A stretch of 58,165 nt of DNA from an uncultured Lutibacter sp. (GTDB taxonomy: Bacteria > Bacteroidota > Bacteroidia > Flavobacteriales > Flavobacteriaceae), in the NCBI GenBank assembly GCA_964491495.1, contig CAZBGP010000001.1, positions 7,686 to 65,850 on the forward strand, given 5' to 3'. This document shows positions 32,167 to 41,998 of this stretch, in pieces (within the stretch, counting starts at the first letter, position 1; each line of letters begins with the position of its first letter). The translations under genes and the position numbers were made by a program. The notes beneath the pieces were generated by a model. It made no database searches. It was not told where the DNA came from and saw only the letters and a list, made by a program, of their open reading frames with translations.

Positions 32167-32517
32167 CTATTTTACGGTATCTTGTACAGGTGCTGATGTT
32201 ACAGGTGCAGTTTGAACTGGTGCATCCTGAACTTCACGGTTTTGAATAGTGTTTTCAATTTCTGAGCTTGTGTCAACAACATTTGCTTTAGGTGCAGCAA
32301 AGTTTGACAATAAAATTAAGGCAAGCAAAACGATTGAAAGTGTCCAAGTACTTTTATCTAAAAAGTTGGTTGTATTTTGAACGCCTCCTAAAGCTTGTGT
32401 TCCGCCACCGCCAAAAGAAGATGACAATCCTCCGCCTTTTGGATTTTGAACCATAATGATTAATATGAGCAAGAATGCTACGATCATAATCAGAACTAAA
32501 AATAATGTATACGTCAT
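32167..32517 (-). CDS. secG: Preprotein translocase subunit SecG
   Basis: Two TM helices, VQNPKGGGLSSSFGG, FLDKSTW. Confidence 0.93.
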   Translation of the reverse strand: MTYTLFLVLIMIVAFLLILIIMVQNPKGGGLSSSFGGGGTQALGGVQNTTNFLDKSTWTLSIVLLALILLSNFAAPKANVVDTSSEIENTIQNREVQDAPVQTAPVTSAPVQDTVK

Positions 32518-33320
32518 GACTTATTTTTTTGTAAATTTTTTATTGCTTTAATTCGGTCTGCAAAGAAACCACTTTTTTCTGGATATTTCAAAATTAAAAT
32601 GCGATAAGCTTTGATGGCATTTTCATATTTTTTTTGTTCAAGATAAACCTTTGCCAACGTCTCAGTCATCAAACTTTCATTTTCTGTGGAACTGTCAGTA
32701 ATTACGTCCAAACTTATGGCGTTTTTGTCAACAGGTTTTATTTTTGGGTTTAATTCAATAAACTTGTCTATTAAATTAAATTTCTCTTCAATTTTTTCAA
32801 TTTTACGCGCTGGAATTTCTTCTCTTTCGATTGGTTTTTGTGCGATTAATTGCATCCATTCGTTAAATGAATGCGGCTCTGAACTTACAAATTGAAGCGG
32901 TTTTCCTATTTCCAGCACATCAGCTTCTTCATCAACTTCTTCATTTTGAACAGCAGTAGCTTCAGTTTCTATATTTTTATTAGAAAAGGCATCTGTAATT
33001 TTTTTATGAAGCGCTTTAACATCTTCAGCATCAACTACCTCAATTTCTTCTAAAACTTCAATCGCTATTTCTGATTTTGTAATAAATATAGGTGAAGTGA
33101 TAAAATCAAAAAGCACTTTTCTGTCAATAGTATAAGCTGCTGTTTTTTTTAATGTTTGGCTGTATTTGAAACTGTTTGTTTTATTGAGCCCTTTTAACTG
33201 AATTGCCCTGGCCGACTGAAAATAAGGAAATTCAGAAATAACCTCATTCAACGCCTGCGTTTTTATAGCATCAATATTTTCGGGATATTGCAATAAATAG
33301 GTGAATTCAGCGCTGTTCAT
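32514..33320 (-). CDS. Conserved hypothetical protein with C-terminal TPR-like motif
   Basis: FPYFQSA near the N-terminus; MTETLAKVYLEQKKYENAIKAY..LKYPEKSGFFA at the C-terminus. Confidence 0.75.
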   Translation of the reverse strand: MNSAEFTYLLQYPENIDAIKTQALNEVISEFPYFQSARAIQLKGLNKTNSFKYSQTLKKTAAYTIDRKVLFDFITSPIFITKSEIAIEVLEEIEVVDAEDVKALHKKITDAFSNKNIETEATAVQNEEVDEEADVLEIGKPLQFVSSEPHSFNEWMQLIAQKPIEREEIPARKIEKIEEKFNLIDKFIELNPKIKPVDKNAISLDVITDSSTENESLMTETLAKVYLEQKKYENAIKAYRILILKYPEKSGFFADRIKAIKNLQKNKS

Positions 33321-33323
33321 AAT

Positions 33324-33830
33324 TTACCATTTTGCCACAGAAGCATTAAAAATATCTTGCGTGATTCGCTCAAGGATTTCATTAAAAGCATCGTCTAAAA
33401 TACCGCCGGTTAATTGCGCGTTACCGTCATAATCATAATAGTGTGAAAATGAACGCTCAAAATTGTCTTCTTCAAGTTTGTTGTTGTAAAAGCGGACATT
33501 TACAGTTATTGTTAGTCTGTTTTGTGCAGCTGTTTGTTCCGCAGTCGCCGTCATTGGGTTAATTTTGTACCCTGTAATTTCGCCTTCAAACTGCAAATCT
33601 CCTCCCGATTTTACCAAACTTAAATTGGTTTGCTGTAAAAATAAATCCTGTAAACGAATAGTAAATTCCTGACTTAAAGTTGGTTCAACCAAAATGGCAT
33701 TGTTGGGAAAATAGTCAATTTGAATCGTTTTTACGTCTGGCTGAATATTAGTTCCAGAAAATGAATAAATTCCACAGCTTTGAGTGGTAAAAATAAGCAG
33801 CAATACTATAAGGTAACTAATTTTTTTCAT
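33324..33830 (-). CDS. lptE: LptE-family lipoprotein
   Basis: Lipobox TQSC-GIYSFSG, GDLQFEGEITGY, NRLTITVNV, terminal DIFNASVAKW. Confidence 0.75.
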   Translation of the reverse strand: MKKISYLIVLLLIFTTQSCGIYSFSGTNIQPDVKTIQIDYFPNNAILVEPTLSQEFTIRLQDLFLQQTNLSLVKSGGDLQFEGEITGYKINPMTATAEQTAAQNRLTITVNVRFYNNKLEEDNFERSFSHYYDYDGNAQLTGGILDDAFNEILERITQDIFNASVAKW

Positions 33831-33888
33831 TCTACTTTTTTGATGTTGTTTAAGGCTCTGAAAATTAGTTTCAAAGTTAATATTTTAA

Positions 33889-35124
33889 TTATAGATCGTA
33901 ATGTTTTATTTTTCGATATAAAGTTCTTTCAGAAATTCCCAGTTCTTTTGCCGCCAGTTTTCGTTTGTTCTTGTTGCGATCTAAAGATTTTTTGATCAAT
34001 TCAATTTCTTTGTCCTGAATAGACAAACTTTCATCGGCATCAATGGTTTCTTCAAAGTCGTAATTGTCAGATTCTTTATATTTTTCATTAATTCTTACCA
34101 CTTCAACCTGATTTTCAGTTTCCGAATCTGAAACGTCTTCTTTGTATATTTTCTGAATTAATTTTTTGCTTTCCTCTTTCACTTTCTCAACACTGCCGCT
34201 TTGCATCAAATCGAGCGTTAATTTTTTTAAATCGTTAATGTCGTTTCGCATATCAAACAAAATCTTGTACATAATTTCTCTTTCTGATGAAAACTCACTG
34301 GTCGATTTTTTATTTTCTATTACCGAAGGTAAATTGGTGCCTTTTGCCGGTAAATATTGTAACAACCTTTCGGAGGAAATAGACCTGTTTTCTTCAACAA
34401 CAGAAATTTCTTCAGCAATGTTGCGCAACTGGCGAATATTTCCCGGAAAACCGTAATTTTCCAACGCTTTTACCGCATTGTCGGAAAGTTTAACAGACGG
34501 CATTTTATATTTTTGGGCAAAATCTGCAGCAAATTTTCTAAACAACAAATGAATGTCGCCAACACGTTCCCGCAAAGGCGGTAAATTTATTTCAATAGTG
34601 CTTAACCGATAATATAAATCTTCTCTAAATTTTCCTTTATTAATGGCTTCCTGCATATTTAAATTGGTGGCGGCAACAATACGAACATTGGTTTTTTGGG
34701 TTTGCGACGAACCCACTTTTATAAACTCGCCATTTTCCAATACGCGTAACAACCTAACCTGCGTGGTTAAAGGCAATTCACCAACCTCATCTAAAAAAAT
34801 AGTGCCACCGTCGGCAACTTCAAAATAACCACTGCGCGAAGCGATGGCTCCGGTAAACGAGCCTTTTTCATGGCCAAATAATTCACTGTCAATCGTTCCT
34901 TCCGGAATTGCGCCACAGTTAACAGCTATGTATTTGGCGTGTTTTCTGTGCGATAAATGATGGATTATTTTTGGAATACTTTCTTTACCAACGCCGCTTT
35001 CTCCGGTAACCAACACCGAAATATCAGTCGGTGCAACCCGAATTGCTTTTTCAATGGCGCGGTTTAAGTGCGGGTCGTTTCCAATAATTTCAAAACGTTG
35101 TTTTATGGCTTGCAATGATTCCAT
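33889..35124 (-). CDS. Sigma-54-dependent enhancer-binding protein (AAA+ and Fis-type HTH, no N-terminal sensor)
   Basis: GESGVGKE, ELFGHEKGSFTGA, FLDEVGE, FREDLYYRL, FPGNIRQL, AAKELGISERTLYRK. Confidence 0.93.
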   Translation of the reverse strand: MESLQAIKQRFEIIGNDPHLNRAIEKAIRVAPTDISVLVTGESGVGKESIPKIIHHLSHRKHAKYIAVNCGAIPEGTIDSELFGHEKGSFTGAIASRSGYFEVADGGTIFLDEVGELPLTTQVRLLRVLENGEFIKVGSSQTQKTNVRIVAATNLNMQEAINKGKFREDLYYRLSTIEINLPPLRERVGDIHLLFRKFAADFAQKYKMPSVKLSDNAVKALENYGFPGNIRQLRNIAEEISVVEENRSISSERLLQYLPAKGTNLPSVIENKKSTSEFSSEREIMYKILFDMRNDINDLKKLTLDLMQSGSVEKVKEESKKLIQKIYKEDVSDSETENQVEVVRINEKYKESDNYDFEETIDADESLSIQDKEIELIKKSLDRNKNKRKLAAKELGISERTLYRKIKHYDL

Positions 35125-35127
35125 GAA

Positions 35128-36561
35128 TTAAATTCTTTTTCCTATTAGCGTGGCAGATGTGCAATCTTCAATATAAACATTTACGAGATCTCCCAATTTT
35201 TCATCTCCTTTAGGGAAAACAATCACAGCATTTTGCGAATTTCTGCCTTTCCAATGGGAATCCGATTTTTTTGATGCGCCTTCAATCAATACTTCAACAG
35301 TTTGTCCGACAAATTTTTGGGTATGGTGCAAACTGTGTTTTTGTTGCAGCAAAATAATTTCTGCAAGTCGTCTTTTCTTAACATCAAAAGGAACATCATC
35401 GTCCATTTTTTTCTCGGCCAAAGTGCCCGGACGTTCAGAATAGGCAAACATAAATCCGAAATCATATTTTACATATTCCAACAAACTCAAGGTTTCTTGG
35501 TGTTCTTCTTCTGTTTCGCCGCAAAAACCTGTCATCATATCTTGTGACAAACCACAATCAGGAATAATTTTGCGAATATTGTCAATCAACGCAATATATT
35601 CTTCACGCGTATGCTGGCGATTCATTCTTTTTAAAACCGAAGTGCTGCCCGATTGAACCGGTAAATGAACATAATTGCAAATATTTTTATGTTTTGCCAT
35701 CGTATAAATAACGTCCAAATTCATATCCTGCGGATTTGAGGTAGAAAAGCGAATCCTCATTTTCGGAAACGCTGATGCCACCATATCCAATAATTGTGAA
35801 AAGTCTACCGCCGTTGCTTGTGCAATTTCGGAGGCATTTTTAAAATCTTTTTTCAATCCGCCACCATACCAAAGGTAACTGTCAACATTTTGGCCTAAAA
35901 GGGTTATTTCTTTATAGTTTTTATCGCTTAATACCCTGATTTCTTCAATGATACTGTTGGGTTCACGGCTTCTTTCTCGTCCACGCGTAAATGGCACCAC
36001 GCAAAATGTGCACATATTGTCGCAGCCTCTTGTGATGGAAACAAAAGCAGAAACACCGTTGCTGTTTAAGCGCACCGGCGAAACATCACCATAGGTTTCT
36101 TCTTTTGATAAAATGACATTTACGGCATCACGACCGGCATTTATTTCTTCCAATAAATTTGGTAAATCTCTGTATGCATCTGGCCCAACAACCAAATCAA
36201 CAATTTTTTCTTCCTCTAAAAATTTGGCTTTCAAACGTTCGGCCATACAACCCAAAACACCCACTTTCATAGAAGGATTTATCTTTTTTACTGCATTGTA
36301 TTTTTCCAAGCGTTTGCGAACAGTTTGCTCTGCTTTTTCTCTAATTGAGCAAGTATTTACCAAAACCAAGTCGGCTTCTTCCAATAAATGCGTGGTGTTA
36401 TATCCTTGTTTCGAAAGAATGGAAGCGACTATTTCACTGTCGTTTAAGTTCATGGAACAGCCATAACTTTCTATATATAATTTTTTGAAATTTCCTTCAA
36501 TTTGTTCAGTTAAAAGCGGTTGTCCCTGATTTTTTTCTACGATAATTTTTTCGTTCCCCAT
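35128..36561 (-). CDS. miaB: tRNA-2-methylthio-N6-dimethylallyladenosine synthase MiaB
   Basis: SYGCSMN, NTCSIRE, CDNMCTFC, YSERPGT, C-terminal TRAM domain. Confidence 0.96.
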   Translation of the reverse strand: MGNEKIIVEKNQGQPLLTEQIEGNFKKLYIESYGCSMNLNDSEIVASILSKQGYNTTHLLEEADLVLVNTCSIREKAEQTVRKRLEKYNAVKKINPSMKVGVLGCMAERLKAKFLEEEKIVDLVVGPDAYRDLPNLLEEINAGRDAVNVILSKEETYGDVSPVRLNSNGVSAFVSITRGCDNMCTFCVVPFTRGRERSREPNSIIEEIRVLSDKNYKEITLLGQNVDSYLWYGGGLKKDFKNASEIAQATAVDFSQLLDMVASAFPKMRIRFSTSNPQDMNLDVIYTMAKHKNICNYVHLPVQSGSTSVLKRMNRQHTREEYIALIDNIRKIIPDCGLSQDMMTGFCGETEEEHQETLSLLEYVKYDFGFMFAYSERPGTLAEKKMDDDVPFDVKKRRLAEIILLQQKHSLHHTQKFVGQTVEVLIEGASKKSDSHWKGRNSQNAVIVFPKGDEKLGDLVNVYIEDCTSATLIGKRI

Positions 36562-36578
36562 AAGTTTTTATTGGATGG

Positions 36579-36619
36579 CAAAGATATAACCATTTTTTTA
36601 AAAATATGACAGATTGGCA
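36579..36619 (-). promoter_or_regulatory. miaB-operon promoter with an overlapping TGACA-N3-TGGCA box
   Basis: TATCTTTG (36579-36586, minus strand); TGACAgatTGGCA at 36607-36619 over the expected -33 region. Confidence 0.5.
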
Positions 36620-36785
36620 GAATTTTAACAACGAATTAAAGCTCAAAATATAGCGTTTTTTAAGGTTATTATTCATATTAAAAAAATTCTATATACTTTT
36701 GCAATCCAAAACCAGAATTATTTAAGGTGTTTTAATTGAAGCTGAAAATGAAATCAGGAAGGTTTTAAAATTATAATTAACAAAT

Positions 36786-39269
36786 ATGGCTAAAAATTTA
36801 GTAATCGTAGAATCACCGGCAAAAGCAAAAACCATTGAAAAATTTTTAGGAAAAGATTTTCAGGTTGAATCCAGTTTTGGACATATTGCCGATTTGCCTT
36901 CCAAAGAAATTGGGATTGATGTTGAAGGAAATTTTAGTCCTAAATATGTTGTTCCTACGGATAAAAAGGCGCTGGTAAAACGGTTGAAAGATTTGGCGAA
37001 AAATGCCGATATGGTTTGGCTGGCATCGGATGAGGATCGAGAAGGAGAAGCAATTGCCTGGCATTTATATGAGCAATTGAAACTAAAGGAAGCCAACACA
37101 AAACGCATTGTTTTTCACGAAATCACCAAAAAAGCCATTTTAAAAGCGGTAGAAAATCCAAGAAGTATTGATTACAATTTGGTAAATGCCCAACAAGCAA
37201 GACGTGTTTTAGACAGGTTGGTTGGTTATGAATTATCGCCTGTACTTTGGCGAAAAATTAAAGGAGGCTTATCGGCAGGGAGAGTACAATCTGTTGCTGT
37301 TCGGTTAATTGTAGATAGAGAACGCGAAATAAAAAGTTTTGTTCCTCAGGCTACTTATAAAGTGATTGCCCAGTTTATCACAGAGGAGGAAAAGAAATTC
37401 AAAGCATCATTACCAAAGAATTTCGACACAAAGAAAGAGGCCGCATCGTTTTTAAATTCGTGCATAAACGCCAAATTTAAAGTTGACGATTTACAGACAA
37501 AACCGGCCATAAAATCTCCTGCAGCACCATTCACCACATCAACATTGCAACAAGAAGCTTCCCGAAAATTGTATTTTCCAGTAGCCAAAACTATGATGAT
37601 TGCGCAACGTTTATATGAAGCGGGATTGATCACTTATATGAGAACTGACAGTCTTAATTTATCGGAAGATGCAAAAATTGAGGCGCAAGAAGAAATTATT
37701 TCGTCTTACGGAAAAGAATACAGCAAACCAAGAAGTTTTCACACCAAAGATAAAGGCGCTCAGGAAGCTCACGAGGCCATTAGGCCAACAAACATGAGCC
37801 TGCAATCTGTTTCTGTAGATTATGATCAGGACAGATTGTATGATTTAATTTGGAAAAGAACCATTGCTTCACAAATGAGTGATGCACAATTGGAACGCAC
37901 CAATGTGCGAATTACGAACACCAATAATAAGGAGGTTTTTACTGCAAACGGTGAAGTAATTAAATTTGAAGGATTTTTAAAAGTTTATTTGGAAGGAACT
38001 GACAATGAAGATGAAGAACAAGAAGGAATGTTGCCTAAATTATCCAAAGGTGAAGTGTTGGTCAATAAATCCATTACGGCAACCGAGCGTTACACAAGAG
38101 CGCCTTACCGTTATTCGGAAGCTGCACTTGTAAAAAGATTGGAAGAATTGGGAATTGGGCGTCCGTCAACCTATGCGCCAACAATTTCAACCATCCAAAA
38201 AAGAGAATATGTAGAGAAAGGAACGATTGAAGGTGAAGACAGAAGCTATACTGAGATTAAATTAAAAGGCGGCGAAGTCATTGAAAAAATGTTGACCGAA
38301 AAAGTAGGATCTGATAAAGGAAAATTGGTACCTACCGATATAGGAAATATTGTAAATGACTTTTTGGTGGAGAATTTCACCTATATTTTGGATTTTGGTT
38401 TTACCGCAAAAGTGGAATCGGAATTTGATGATATTGCTGAAGGAAAAGAAGATTGGATTAAAATGATCAAAGAATTTTATAAATCATTTCATCCAATGGT
38501 TGCAGATGTTGCCGAAAATGCAGACCGAGCAAAAGGTGAACGTTTATTGGGCGTAGATCCAGAAAGCGGCAAAAATGTTTATGCGCGTTTGGGAAGATTT
38601 GGCGTAATGGTTCAAATTGGAGAAGCGACAGATGAAGAAAAACCGAAATTTGCAAGTTTGCAGGGCGACCAAACATTGACTTCCATTACTTTTGAAGAAG
38701 CGATGGATTTGTTTAAACTTCCAAGAACAATTGGCGGTTATGAAGGAAAAGAAGCTGTGGTTGCAGTTGGGCGTTTTGGTCCGTATATAAAATATGACGA
38801 AATGTTTGTGGCCATTCCAAAAGATGAAAATCCGATGTCGGTCGACATTAACCGCGCAATTGAATTAATCCTTGAAAAACAAAAAGCCGATGCGCCGATT
38901 TGTGAATATGAAAATATTCCGGTGCAAAAAGGAGTTGGACGTTTCGGTCCGTTTTTGAAATGGGACGGACTTTATATCAACGTAAATAAAAAATACGATT
39001 TTGACAATTTATCCGAAAAAGATGTTGTTGAATTGATTGAAGAAAAAAAACGGAAAGATATAGAAAAAGTCATTCATCATTGGCCTGAAGAAGGAATTTC
39101 AGTTGAAAAAGCACGTTGGGGAAGATCAAATATTTTAAAGGGAAAAACAAAGATTGAATTATCAAAAACAGTGGATCCAAGTAAATTAACATTGCAAGAT
39201 GTTAAAGATATTATTGAGAAAAACGCGCCCAAAAAGAAAACAACAAAAGGAAAAACGGCAAAAAAATAA
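36786..39269 (+). CDS. topA: DNA topoisomerase I
   Basis: LVIVESPAKAKTI, DEDREGEAI, SAGRVQS, ITYMRTD, AHEAIRP, C-terminal GRFGP repeats; TACTTTTG element at 36694-36701. Confidence 0.98.
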   Translation: MAKNLVIVESPAKAKTIEKFLGKDFQVESSFGHIADLPSKEIGIDVEGNFSPKYVVPTDKKALVKRLKDLAKNADMVWLASDEDREGEAIAWHLYEQLKLKEANTKRIVFHEITKKAILKAVENPRSIDYNLVNAQQARRVLDRLVGYELSPVLWRKIKGGLSAGRVQSVAVRLIVDREREIKSFVPQATYKVIAQFITEEEKKFKASLPKNFDTKKEAASFLNSCINAKFKVDDLQTKPAIKSPAAPFTTSTLQQEASRKLYFPVAKTMMIAQRLYEAGLITYMRTDSLNLSEDAKIEAQEEIISSYGKEYSKPRSFHTKDKGAQEAHEAIRPTNMSLQSVSVDYDQDRLYDLIWKRTIASQMSDAQLERTNVRITNTNNKEVFTANGEVIKFEGFLKVYLEGTDNEDEEQEGMLPKLSKGEVLVNKSITATERYTRAPYRYSEAALVKRLEELGIGRPSTYAPTISTIQKREYVEKGTIEGEDRSYTEIKLKGGEVIEKMLTEKVGSDKGKLVPTDIGNIVNDFLVENFTYILDFGFTAKVESEFDDIAEGKEDWIKMIKEFYKSFHPMVADVAENADRAKGERLLGVDPESGKNVYARLGRFGVMVQIGEATDEEKPKFASLQGDQTLTSITFEEAMDLFKLPRTIGGYEGKEAVVAVGRFGPYIKYDEMFVAIPKDENPMSVDINRAIELILEKQKADAPICEYENIPVQKGVGRFGPFLKWDGLYINVNKKYDFDNLSEKDVVELIEEKKRKDIEKVIHHWPEEGISVEKARWGRSNILKGKTKIELSKTVDPSKLTLQDVKDIIEKNAPKKKTTKGKTAKK

Positions 39270-39318
39270 TATTTTTATTATATTGCCGTCGAAAAAGAAA
39301 TCTTAGAACCCCTGAAAA

Positions 39319-40479
39319 ATGAATTTCGATTACCTTAAACCTATTGATGATGAGTTATTGGAACAGGCAAAAATGCAATCCGATCAATCTTTTGGCCGCT
39401 GTATCGAAATTTATTCCGCACAAAATGGATTCCCAAATCTGGCAAATAAAAAAATAGCCATTTTTGGTGTTGAAGAAGGCCGCTCAGCTATTGGAAATCA
39501 CGAAACTGGTTCCAGTTTGAATGAAATCAGAAAAGAACTTTACAAACTATTTCCAGGAAATTGGCCAATCAGCGTTGCCGACATTGGGAATATTCCTCAG
39601 GGAAATTCCATAGAAGACACTTATTTTGCGCTGGGAGAATTATTGGCATACCTTATAAAAAATAAAATAATTCCCATTATTATTGGTGGTGGACAGGATT
39701 TAACGTATTCAAATTATAGGGCTTATGACAAGTTAGAACAAACTGTTAATATTGTTTCTGTAGACAACAAATTTGATTTAGGCACCATTGAAGACGAGTT
39801 AACTTCTCAATCTTATTTAAGTAAGATTGTGATGAATCAGCCAAATAATTTATTTAATTTCAGCAATATTGGGTATCAAACCTATTTTAACTCCCAAAAT
39901 GAAATTGATTTATTGGATGGTTTATTTTTTGAAGCTTATAGATTGGGCGAAGTTTCAACTGCAATCCAATTGGTTGAGCCAGTTTTACGCGATGCCGATA
40001 TTGTGAGCATTGATTTGTCTTCAGTAAAAAATGCAGATGCTCCCGCCAACAAAAATTCGACTCCAAATGGTTTTACAGGAGCCGAAATTTGCGCCATTTC
40101 AAGGTATGCGGGCATTAGCGATAAAGTAACATCATTTGGTATTTATGAATATAATCCGAAATTAGACATTAAAAATCAAACTGCGCAGTTAATTTCACAA
40201 ATGATTTGGTATTTTATTGAAGGTGTTAATTATAGAGCAAATGATTATCCCTTCGGCTTAAAGGACAATTACCAAAAATATATTGTACCTATTGAAAATG
40301 AAGTGCTGAATTTTTATAAAAGCAATAAAAGTGGTCGATGGTGGATGGAAATTAATTTAAATGAAAGTAATAAATTTAAAAGACATGCGTTAATACCTTG
40401 TGCATATCAAGATTATATAAGTGCAACCAATCAGGAAATTCCAGATAGGTGGCTAAAAACACTAAAAAAATTGGTGTAA
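39319..40479 (+). CDS. Arginase/formimidoylglutamase-like protein with degenerate metal ligands
   Basis: Ureohydrolase-fold motifs DIGN, IIGGGQD, SIDLS, PNGFTG. Confidence 0.75.
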   Translation: MNFDYLKPIDDELLEQAKMQSDQSFGRCIEIYSAQNGFPNLANKKIAIFGVEEGRSAIGNHETGSSLNEIRKELYKLFPGNWPISVADIGNIPQGNSIEDTYFALGELLAYLIKNKIIPIIIGGGQDLTYSNYRAYDKLEQTVNIVSVDNKFDLGTIEDELTSQSYLSKIVMNQPNNLFNFSNIGYQTYFNSQNEIDLLDGLFFEAYRLGEVSTAIQLVEPVLRDADIVSIDLSSVKNADAPANKNSTPNGFTGAEICAISRYAGISDKVTSFGIYEYNPKLDIKNQTAQLISQMIWYFIEGVNYRANDYPFGLKDNYQKYIVPIENEVLNFYKSNKSGRWWMEINLNESNKFKRHALIPCAYQDYISATNQEIPDRWLKTLKKLV

Positions 40480-40596
40480 AAAAAAAGTTGCGCAGCATAC
40501 TAAAATAGATTTTTTTTTGTTTTAAACAGATAAATAAAAGATTGTTTTTTAACATAATTAGTAATACGTTTGCCTTAAAGGATTAAGAAAAAAAAT

Positions 40597-41958
40597 ATGA
40601 AGAAAATATCGTTGTATATTTTACTAGTCTTAGTTATATATAGTTGTGGATCTAGCGATCAAGGAGAATTAGTTGGCGTGAGATCAAGCGGTAAATGGCA
40701 TTCCGAAAAACCATTTGGCATGACTTTAATACCTGGGGGATCATTCACGATGGGTAAACAAAGCGAAGATGTTGCGGGAGCTTTAAATTCACCAACCAGG
40801 ACAGTAACGGTGCGACCATTTTATATGGATGAAACCGAAATCACCAATAGCGAATATAAAGAATTTGTGTTTTGGGTTCGTGATTCTATTGTACGAACTG
40901 AGTTGGCCCTATTTTCAGAATTGATGTCATCGGAAGGAGATATTGTTTTGGAAGATTATCAGTTTTTGGATATTGACACAACTGATATGTCTCCCTATCA
41001 AAAATACATGATGAAAACTTACGGTAGCCTTGGAGACATTAATTCTCCAACACAAGGTAAAATGTTAAATTGGGAAGAAGAAATCGTTTGGAATGTCAAT
41101 GAATTTCCAAGTGAAGAATATGCCGAAGTGATGATTGATTCAATTTTAATGCCCATTGAAGATAGTTTTGAAGGCCGAAGAATGGTAAATCCAGCTAAAT
41201 TAAAGTTTAAATATTCCTGGCTAGATCAGGAAGATGCCGGAAGAAAGCAAGGAAATAGACGAGATTTTATTAAAACAGAAGTTGTACCGGTATATCCTGA
41301 CACTACAGTTTGGATTAAAGATTACAACTATTCTTACAATGATCCAATGCATCAGGATTATTTTTATCACCAAGCTTATAATGATTATCCTGTAGTTGGA
41401 GTTTCTTGGATGCAGACACAAGCTTTTTGCCGATGGAGAACTAAGAAAAAAAACGATTATTTAAGCACTAAGAAAAATCCAACTGTAATTCCACAATTTA
41501 GATTAGCGACTGAAGCCGAGTGGGAATATGCTGCCCGTGGTGGTCTTGAAAATGCAACTTATCCTTGGGGAGGACCATATACCACGAACGACAGAGGTTG
41601 TTTTTTAGCAAATTTTAAACCTGTAAGAGGTAATTATGCGGTTGACGGCGCTTTATATACAATGGAAGCAAATTCCTATTTCCCAAATGATTTTGGATTG
41701 TACAACATGGCGGGTAATGTTTCTGAATGGACAAATACCGCTTATAGCGAAGCATCATATTACATTGGTTCAACCATGAATCCGAATGTAGAAATTGATA
41801 AAAACAAAAGAAAAGTAATACGTGGAGGTTCTTGGAAAGATGTAGCCTATTTTTTAGAGGTAAGCACTCGGGATTATGAATATGCCGACTCTGCAAGAAG
41901 TTATATTGGTTTTAGGACAGTGCAAGATTTTCTTGGCACCAATATTAACGGAGAATAA
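40597..41958 (+). CDS. gldK: Gliding motility / T9SS lipoprotein GldK
   Basis: Lipobox IYSC, FGE-sulfatase fold (DETEITN, YPVVGVSW, TEAEWEYAARGG, MAGNVSEW); TACGTTTG element at 40565-40572. Confidence 0.95.
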   Translation: MKKISLYILLVLVIYSCGSSDQGELVGVRSSGKWHSEKPFGMTLIPGGSFTMGKQSEDVAGALNSPTRTVTVRPFYMDETEITNSEYKEFVFWVRDSIVRTELALFSELMSSEGDIVLEDYQFLDIDTTDMSPYQKYMMKTYGSLGDINSPTQGKMLNWEEEIVWNVNEFPSEEYAEVMIDSILMPIEDSFEGRRMVNPAKLKFKYSWLDQEDAGRKQGNRRDFIKTEVVPVYPDTTVWIKDYNYSYNDPMHQDYFYHQAYNDYPVVGVSWMQTQAFCRWRTKKKNDYLSTKKNPTVIPQFRLATEAEWEYAARGGLENATYPWGGPYTTNDRGCFLANFKPVRGNYAVDGALYTMEANSYFPNDFGLYNMAGNVSEWTNTAYSEASYYIGSTMNPNVEIDKNKRKVIRGGSWKDVAYFLEVSTRDYEYADSARSYIGFRTVQDFLGTNINGE

Positions 41959-41998
41959 AATCAACCAAAATTAAACTAACAAACAAAAAATCTTTATT

